DNA from: a virus
Lineage: Duplodnaviria; Caudoviricetes
Reading direction: 5' to 3' (one strand)
IMG/VR virus record: IMGVR_UViG_3300032011_002031
Coordinates: 6,277 to 70,276 of that record
DNA: 64,000 bases
The translations under genes and the position numbers were made by a program. Positions 57,581 through 64,000 of this stretch are shown here, piece after piece (position 1 is the stretch's first letter; every line of letters begins with the position of its first letter). Below the pieces are notes generated by a model. It was not told where the DNA came from. It saw only the letters and a list, made by a program, of their open reading frames with translations, and did no database searches.

Positions 57581-60035
57581 TAAACAATTAAATCCGAGAC
57601 TGACTGGTTCATTTTCACTTAGTGGTTCACTAAGTGGTGTGGATATTATACCCGCAGAAGCAATTGAGGGACAACTTGGTATATTCTCACCTACGGGTTC
57701 AATACAATCTACACACAATGATTTACAAGTTACTGGTTCATTGAATGTTCAATCTGATTTAACAGAAAGTGAACCAAGTTCTTCTACAGGTATAACCACA
57801 AATAATATTACAAATGGGTATCCTACATCCAATGCATGGGGTACTGGTTTAGGTGGTAGTTACTTTAATAACTTTACATCTACTACGCATGTTAGTGAGA
57901 TTTTAAGATTTATTGCGGGTGCAATGAGTCATAGTTTAGATGTATCAGATGCCGCACCAAATACAAAGTATTGGGATACAGTCAGTACATCACATACAGA
58001 TGGAACTGAAATAAGTAAAAGTTCTTTATTAAATGGAGTGTTGGGTTCTACATATGAAAATGGTAGATTAAGTAATAGTTGGACTGGTTCGGCATTCATT
58101 GATATGGCTGAAACTGGTTCTTACAAATTAGCACTTGATTATTTAGAGTTAAAGGGATGGGTACAATCGAGTGATAGAGGAACGAATGATAATGATGTAG
58201 GAACAAATCCATTTCACGGAAGTTACGCATCAAGGATTCCATCATCAAATATTACCACACAAGCAACATTTGGTACACTTACAAACACTATAACTGCAAA
58301 TGCAGGTGGTAGTACAGGTGTAAGTAGTAATAGTAATTACTTTGGATTAGGAACATTAACAAGTGGAGGACCTACTGCATTTTCAGTTAGGGTTATAGCA
58401 TCACAATCATATAGTGATAATTATGCTGATTCCACACCTGATAAAAGTTCAACATTTCATACATCATCGTTTGTAGATTATACACAAAGTTCATTTGGTA
58501 CATCAAATGGTTTGATACTAAGTAAAATAGTAACATCACAACCTGCAGTTATTCCATCAGCGTATCAAGATGGAGATTTCAATAGTGTTGCAGGACCAAT
58601 TAGTGGTAGAAAATATACAGGTGGTGCAACAACATCTACAAATATATCTGCAAGTGGATATTATAAATTAGATGATATTGTGGTTGGATTAAAAACAGGT
58701 TCACAGAGTGATTTTGTATATAAAGATGGTACAGATGGAACAACAAGATTTTATTTATACACAGGTGGATTAACAACCGATATTACTGATGGTGCACCGA
58801 CAGTAGCAGTTACAAGTTCTTTAAGTAGAACAAGTTTCTCTGCCACATCAAGAAGTTTAAGTGGAGCACCATATCTATTAACCACGAGTTATGGATATAG
58901 TTTTGTATCAGAGGTAAGTAAATCCTTTGACCCAGTATTTGGATATGGAACATCAGTAATGGTAAATTCAAAACCAACAGATACTTGGGATAATATAGGT
59001 TCAACATCAATAAGTAATACAACCACGACTGTAAATAATAGTGGTGTATCATCAACAGGTGCAAATAATTATGTAATTGATAGAACAAAAACCACAAAGA
59101 GAAGTAGTGGTGATGACCCACAAATATCTGATATCGCAGTTGCAAGTTCTTCATTCACTTTTTCACTTGATAGTAATAGTGAAAATGTTGGACAAAATAG
59201 AACAAGTAACAATACTTTAAATTATAGTTTAACATTTAGAGCGACTGGTAGAAATTGGAAGAACTCAAGTGTAACTGATACCACACCAGCACAAAGTTTT
59301 TATGATGCAACTCTATTTGGACAACCAGCATCAAGTGGTAGTATGGCAATTTATAGTAGAGCACAAGGATATGATGGTGGTAGTTTGACTGGAACAAGTG
59401 AGGCATTTACGGGAGAAGATTTTAGAATAGTATTAGCAGATAATGTAACTGCATTTAATGGAGCATATTTCACAACAGACTCATTCCAAACGAATGATGA
59501 GGGAGATTCAGTTCTCGGTGATTATGATTTACAAGTAAAACCAGGTTACTTAGTAGAACCTGGTGGTTCTTATGGATATTGGTTTCCAGAAGATTTTGGT
59601 AGTGGAACATACAAATATTATATTAGAAGATTTCAAGATGGTAGTACGAGAACAAGTATGACAGTTAATGTGGGTAAAACATTAGTGAATTGGAACTCTA
59701 CATCAAGTGGTGTAGCAGTTGGATTAATATTTAAGAGTGGTACGAGTGCAGGGAGTAATACAAGTATTACAAATTGTAGAATATATGACCCGAGTGCAAC
59801 TACAAGTAACTTGATATCTGCAGGAGTATCAAATGATAATCATATTAATCCATTTAGTTCCAATATAGATTTATATGGAAATACAGGTGGTAGTATATCA
59901 TCGACCACTTATACTGTCCCAATGAGAAATGCAGATGGGATGTATTTAGATTCAAGTGATAATGAACTTTATGTAGTAGTTAGATATAAGGGTGACCAAT
60001 CACCAGTAACTTCAATATCATTGGCGTTTAGTTAG
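57564..60035 (+). CDS. Large Ser/Thr/Gly-rich virion structural protein
   Basis: 823 aa, beta-rich composition, structural module context. Confidence 0.65.
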   Translation: MALIDSKQLNPRLTGSFSLSGSLSGVDIIPAEAIEGQLGIFSPTGSIQSTHNDLQVTGSLNVQSDLTESEPSSSTGITTNNITNGYPTSNAWGTGLGGSYFNNFTSTTHVSEILRFIAGAMSHSLDVSDAAPNTKYWDTVSTSHTDGTEISKSSLLNGVLGSTYENGRLSNSWTGSAFIDMAETGSYKLALDYLELKGWVQSSDRGTNDNDVGTNPFHGSYASRIPSSNITTQATFGTLTNTITANAGGSTGVSSNSNYFGLGTLTSGGPTAFSVRVIASQSYSDNYADSTPDKSSTFHTSSFVDYTQSSFGTSNGLILSKIVTSQPAVIPSAYQDGDFNSVAGPISGRKYTGGATTSTNISASGYYKLDDIVVGLKTGSQSDFVYKDGTDGTTRFYLYTGGLTTDITDGAPTVAVTSSLSRTSFSATSRSLSGAPYLLTTSYGYSFVSEVSKSFDPVFGYGTSVMVNSKPTDTWDNIGSTSISNTTTTVNNSGVSSTGANNYVIDRTKTTKRSSGDDPQISDIAVASSSFTFSLDSNSENVGQNRTSNNTLNYSLTFRATGRNWKNSSVTDTTPAQSFYDATLFGQPASSGSMAIYSRAQGYDGGSLTGTSEAFTGEDFRIVLADNVTAFNGAYFTTDSFQTNDEGDSVLGDYDLQVKPGYLVEPGGSYGYWFPEDFGSGTYKYYIRRFQDGSTRTSMTVNVGKTLVNWNSTSSGVAVGLIFKSGTSAGSNTSITNCRIYDPSATTSNLISAGVSNDNHINPFSSNIDLYGNTGGSISSTTYTVPMRNADGMYLDSSDNELYVVVRYKGDQSPVTSISLAFS

Positions 60036-60044
60036 AGATAAATT

Positions 60045-61172
60045 ATGGCAATAAATAACGAAAAAAAATCAAATAGATTACTCGGTGGAAGAAGATATAC
60101 GAGTGCTGATTTAAATACTTCACAAGAAGCATTTACAGAGGTATTGGATTTAAGAGCATCGGAGATTTATACACAAGGGCATCTAATACCAGAAAGTAAT
60201 TTACCATTTAGTGGAAGTTCTCAAAGTGGAATTACATATAAAGTTGGTGGTAATGATATATTAAAATATTGGTACAGATTCAGATTAACTAAATCTAATG
60301 TTGATGAGGATGCTTGGTTTTTTATTTCACCTACGGGTAGTGCAAGTGGTGTAACACCGCAGTTGATTCAAGATGGACAACAAACAAACTTTATATCACC
60401 AAAATATTCAATCGCTTCATTAGCAAATGCTAATACAGAAGATACAACACCTGGATATGGTGTTAGAGTGTATGCTTCAACATCAACCAATAGTGGTTCT
60501 TTAGGTGGTGGAGATGTTATATCAGGTAATGATTATCAGTTTGATTATAAAACTGGTGTATTACAATTTGATTCTGCAAGAAGTTCAAATGAAATAGTTT
60601 ATATGAGTGTTTATCAGTATGTTGGTACAACACTTGCAACAGGTTTAGAAGTAGATGGTAATATCACCGCTAATCAATATATTGTAAGTTCATCAGTAAC
60701 TTATATGACTTCATCTTTTTCAAGTGGTTCTACAATATTTGGAGATTCAGTAGATGATACACACCAATTTACAGGTAGTGTTAGTATTAGTGGTTCAATA
60801 CTACCAACACAAGATGATTTAATAGATTTAGGAAGTTCAACATTTGAATGGAAAGATTTACATTTAGATGGTACTGCAAATATAGATACATTAAGTTTAA
60901 CCGATGGGTTTACTTATAATGGAGTATCATTTAATACAAGTGGAAGTGGAGCAGCAACTGGTTTACAAGTTACTGGTTCTAACTTCCAATTCAGAGCTAA
61001 TAATCCTGATAATTTATTCACTTTGAAAAATTCAAGTGATGAGATAGCAGTACAAATAGATGATAAAGTAATAATTTTAGGTGAACCTACTTCAGTACCT
61101 ACCGCAATTAAGGGTGGTATGTATTATAGTAGTTCTGCGTGGTTTTTAGGGTATGAAAACTCACCAACTTAA
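60045..61172 (+). CDS. Virion structural/fibre-like protein
   Basis: DYKTGVL; SSGSTIFGDSVDDTHQFTGSVSISGS, related to 54711 and 56411. Confidence 0.65.
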   Translation: MAINNEKKSNRLLGGRRYTSADLNTSQEAFTEVLDLRASEIYTQGHLIPESNLPFSGSSQSGITYKVGGNDILKYWYRFRLTKSNVDEDAWFFISPTGSASGVTPQLIQDGQQTNFISPKYSIASLANANTEDTTPGYGVRVYASTSTNSGSLGGGDVISGNDYQFDYKTGVLQFDSARSSNEIVYMSVYQYVGTTLATGLEVDGNITANQYIVSSSVTYMTSSFSSGSTIFGDSVDDTHQFTGSVSISGSILPTQDDLIDLGSSTFEWKDLHLDGTANIDTLSLTDGFTYNGVSFNTSGSGAATGLQVTGSNFQFRANNPDNLFTLKNSSDEIAVQIDDKVIILGEPTSVPTAIKGGMYYSSSAWFLGYENSPT

Positions 61173-61179
61173 TATTTAT
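61172..61179 (+). promoter_or_regulatory. ATATTTAT putative late promoter element
   Basis: Intergenic, upstream of AGGAG and ATG 61216. Confidence 0.55.
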
Positions 61180-61215
61180 AAATGATAAGAAAAAGCCTTA
61201 AATAGGAGAATTTAA

Positions 61216-62613
61216 ATGGCACAATGGAGAAAAGTAGTAGTATCAGGTTCATCACCCGAATTCGCGGTGGTGAGTGCATCATCTGATATTCATGCTACGG
61301 GAAATATAAAGACAGTTGGAGATTTGACTGTTGCAGGTGGAGATATAGTACTTGGAACAACAAGTATATTTTCAGGTGGAGATACCACTTCCCTAAATAA
61401 TATCGATGCAATAGATACAACTACTGAAAATACAATTGAAGCCGCATTAGATACTCTTAGTAATGTAACAACAGTCGGTGCTTTAGATGCAGGAAGCATA
61501 ACGAGTAATTTTGGTTCAATAAATAATGGTTCTTCCGCAATTACTACGACTGGTACAATTACAGGTGAACAAATAACTTCTACCGATGATATAACAGCAG
61601 CTGGAACAATTAGTGGTTCAGTACTTAATGCTGATACAATCGGACAGAACAGAGTTGATGGTATAAAAACAATTACGATAGAAGCAAATTCTACAATTAA
61701 CCAAGATGTTAGTTCAGATGCAATAGTTCAATTTGCTTCAGTTAGTGCTTCTGCAAATATACAAGCAGTAGGATATGTAAGTGCATCTTCAATAAATGTT
61801 CAAGGAGCAGCAGATTTTGATTCCTTAACATTAGATACACAATTAGCAGTAGCAGAGGGTGGAACTGGTGCAACATCATTAACCGATAAAGCAGTATTAA
61901 TTTCACAAGATAGTGGAACAGATGCAGTCGGTTCATTAGCATTGACTGGAAATGGTGAAATTATAGTTGGTGGAACAAATGGACCAGCAGTTGAAGCAGC
62001 AGCAGATGTTGCAGGGACTGGTTTAGATGCCGCAGTTGGTGATGGAACATTAGCAATTAATGTTGCAGCAGCACAAACAAGTATTACTTCGATTATAAAC
62101 TCATCATTGGGTAAAATCGGAACAGCAGCAGACCAAGAATATATTGATTTCGGTACATCAAATGAGGTAAACACTAAAATTGGTAATTCAGAAATTCATA
62201 GTGTAACTGCCGATGGTGTAGATATAACTGGTGCAGTTACTATTAGTGGTAACTTGGATGTTAATGGTTCATTGACGACAATCGATAGTACTAACTTGAG
62301 AGTTGCAGATAGATTTATCTACGCATCAAGTGGTTCAACGAGTGGAGATGGTGGTTTAATAATCGGAACTGGTGCAAATGGTATTGGTACAGCAATCGGA
62401 TATGATGATAGTGTTAAGAGATGGGGATTAACCAAAGAAGATGACACTGCTCACGATGCTACAGCAATCGCACCAAGACAATATGTTGTTTCGGTTAGTG
62501 GTTCTGCAACAGCACCAAGTACAAATCCACACGATTTTGGAACAGCAGCTGGAGATAGAATTGGTATGATGCACGTCAATACTGATAATGGGGAAATTTG
62601 GATTTATAGTTAA
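61216..62613 (+). CDS. Tail-fibre-like protein
   Basis: N-terminal MAQWRKVVVSGS; T/G/A/S-rich fibre motifs (LTTVGAL, VAEGGTGA, ISGNLDVNG). Confidence 0.7.
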   Translation: MAQWRKVVVSGSSPEFAVVSASSDIHATGNIKTVGDLTVAGGDIVLGTTSIFSGGDTTSLNNIDAIDTTTENTIEAALDTLSNVTTVGALDAGSITSNFGSINNGSSAITTTGTITGEQITSTDDITAAGTISGSVLNADTIGQNRVDGIKTITIEANSTINQDVSSDAIVQFASVSASANIQAVGYVSASSINVQGAADFDSLTLDTQLAVAEGGTGATSLTDKAVLISQDSGTDAVGSLALTGNGEIIVGGTNGPAVEAAADVAGTGLDAAVGDGTLAINVAAAQTSITSIINSSLGKIGTAADQEYIDFGTSNEVNTKIGNSEIHSVTADGVDITGAVTISGNLDVNGSLTTIDSTNLRVADRFIYASSGSTSGDGGLIIGTGANGIGTAIGYDDSVKRWGLTKEDDTAHDATAIAPRQYVVSVSGSATAPSTNPHDFGTAAGDRIGMMHVNTDNGEIWIYS

Positions 62614-62628
62614 AACAAGTGAGGTTAT

Positions 62629-62919
62629 ATGGCGATAAGAGCTAAGGAAGTAAAAACTATTGTTAATGAAGTGGCAAAGTTTAAAAAAGATGAAATAGAG
62701 TTTTTGTTTGAGTTAATTAAAAACTCTATGATTCCAGGTCAACATTTGGGTATTGCAATGGATATTGTTAATAAGTTAAAATCTCAATACCAATTGTTAA
62801 ATAGAAAGGGTGCTGTAGTTAAGACAACTAAAAGTACTAAAGATGTAGTAAGGGAAGAAGTAGAAAAAGTTCAACAAGAGATTAAAGAAGAAGATGGTGA
62901 ACTTTTTATTAAAGAATAA
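62629..62919 (+). CDS. Small hypothetical protein (possible fibre assembly factor)
   Basis: GAGG SD; located between two fibre genes. Confidence 0.6.
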   Translation: MAIRAKEVKTIVNEVAKFKKDEIEFLFELIKNSMIPGQHLGIAMDIVNKLKSQYQLLNRKGAVVKTTKSTKDVVREEVEKVQQEIKEEDGELFIKE

Positions 62920-62921
62920 CT

Positions 62922-62978
62922 TTATTGGCCTATTGTTTGGCGACAATAGGAAGTGGGCCGAAAGGTAACCAACCATAA
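62922..62978 (+). ncRNA. Candidate structured cis-regulatory RNA in the 5' leader of the fibre gene
   Basis: CCTATTGTT/GACAATAGG stem, GCC-GAAA-GGT tetraloop hairpin, and TTGG...CCAA/CCATAA closing pairings next to the SD. Confidence 0.4.
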
Positions 62979-62991
62979 GGAGATGAATTAA

Positions 62992-63723
62992 ATGCCAAAT
63001 TGGAAAAAAGTAATAGTATCGGGCTCAAATGCTCATTTAAGTTCGGTTACATCGAGTTTATTTCACACTAATCCAGATGAAAATGATTTAGTATTTGATG
63101 CTGCAGGAGATATTATATTAGATGCCGATGGTACTGATATTATATTAAAGGATGGTGGAACTGAGTTTGGTAGATTTAAAAGAGACTCTTCTGATTTTGT
63201 TATAAAATCCGCAACAAACGATAAAGATATAGTTTTTAGAGGTGAAGATGGTGGTTCAACTATAACTGCACTTACATTAGATATGTCAGAAGCTGGACAT
63301 GCACTATTTACTGGTGATGTAAGTGGTTCAAACATTAGAGCAAGTGGAGATGTTATAGCATATAATTCATCCGATGAAAGATTAAAAGATAATATAACCT
63401 ACATAGGAAAACCATTAGAAAAGTTACACAAGATTGGTGGGTATGAATTTGATTGGAATGAAAAGCAAGATATACATACAGGTAACGATGTTGGGGTTTT
63501 AGCTCAAGAAATTGAAGCCATTTTACCATCTGCAGTTTCCGACCGAGATACTGGTTTTAAAGGAGTTCAGTATCACAAGATAATTCCACTATTAGTTGAG
63601 GGAATCAAGGAATTAAATAAAAAAGTCGACCACCTTGAAAATCTTTTAGAAGAAAAAAATAGCACTGATAGAAAAATGACCCGTCTTGCAAGTGCAGTGA
63701 GAAAATTAAAGCAAAAAAAGTAG
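62992..63723 (+). CDS. Short tail-fibre protein with C-terminal intramolecular chaperone (peptidase S74)
   Basis: MPNWKKVIVSGS; SSDERLKDNI, GVLAQEIEAILP.AV, V.Y.KIIPLLVEGIKEL. Confidence 0.85.
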   Translation: MPNWKKVIVSGSNAHLSSVTSSLFHTNPDENDLVFDAAGDIILDADGTDIILKDGGTEFGRFKRDSSDFVIKSATNDKDIVFRGEDGGSTITALTLDMSEAGHALFTGDVSGSNIRASGDVIAYNSSDERLKDNITYIGKPLEKLHKIGGYEFDWNEKQDIHTGNDVGVLAQEIEAILPSAVSDRDTGFKGVQYHKIIPLLVEGIKELNKKVDHLENLLEEKNSTDRKMTRLASAVRKLKQKK

Positions 63724-63742
63724 TATTTAGAGTTATACATTT

Positions 63743-63750
63743 ATATTTAT
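63743..63750 (+). promoter_or_regulatory. ATATTTAT putative late promoter element
   Basis: Intergenic, upstream of AAGGAG and ATG 63790. Confidence 0.55.
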
Positions 63751-63789
63751 ATACAACCGAATTAAACATATTAATAAAGGAGTTATGTT

Positions 63790-64000
63790 ATGGCTGAAAA
63801 GCAAAACAAGGTAGATGAAACAAAAATCGTATTTTCAGATGATGAAATAAAATCACTTGAAGATTTGCGTACTGGATATAACACCATCCAAAATGATTTT
63901 GGTGTAATTAAAGTTCGTAAGATTTTGTTAAATCAGCAACTTGATAACTTGGAACAAACTGAGATAGAGTTAGAGACAAGATATGCTGAAAATCAACAAA
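63790..64000 (+). CDS. 3'-truncated coiled-coil protein (absent from ORF track)
   Basis: AAGGAG SD; MAEKQNKVDE... open to the window end. Confidence 0.7.
   Translation, partial: MAEKQNKVDETKIVFSDDEIKSLEDLRTGYNTIQNDFGVIKVRKILLNQQLDNLEQTEIELETRYAENQQ

Noticed and set aside
1858-63335. All other minus-strand ORFs and short alternative-frame plus ORFs in the track (e.g. 32491-33003, 48610-49128, 31284-31727, 11640-11873)
   Set aside because: Fully nested in longer motif-bearing plus-strand genes, with no motifs or SD; expected in AT-rich DNA.
1-64000. Stop-codon reassignment (code 15 or 4)
   Set aside because: Core genes are intact in code 11, and TAA, TAG and TGA all end genes at tight junctions.

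Overview
AT-rich window from a large tailed phage with a T4-like head module. All credible genes are on the + strand, use the standard code and are tightly packed, often with ATGA overlaps. (1) 1-29400: an accessory block of about 38 genes for glycan and small-molecule modification. It holds GT7-lectin hybrids, other glycosyltransferase-like genes, 7 SGNH-like paralogs, 2 radical SAM enzymes, NeuB/NeuA-like enzymes, nucleotidyltransferases with HAD phosphatases, sulfo- and methyltransferases, a PLP enzyme, a 2-hydroxyacid dehydrogenase and ParB/Srx-like ORFs. (2) 29400-53000: head morphogenesis. Large terminase, portal, prohead protease, scaffold and major capsid protein are interleaved with a P-loop kinase, a GH108 lysozyme, ribosomal protein bS21 and many modular ORFs punctuated by [LIV]-x-E motifs. 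(3) 53000-64000: neck/tail-terminator-like and Ser/Gly/Thr-rich fibre genes, one with an S74 chaperone domain. The strongest candidate for a new system is a ~1467-aa polyprotein (32366-36769). It joins a CCA-adding enzyme, an HD phosphohydrolase, a HIGH-family nucleotidyltransferase and an ATP-dependent ligase-like domain, with linkers that resemble prohead-protease sites. A nearby P-loop kinase carries a leader peptide shared with four other head-region proteins. Together these suggest a capsid-packaged, injected tRNA/RNA repair kit (inference). Other signals are an ATATTTAT motif in nearly every intergenic gap, two structured leaders, and a bS21 that may favour SD-led late mRNAs. No tRNA, rRNA, CRISPR array, intron or intein was seen. 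All family calls come from reading motifs by eye; no database searches were run.
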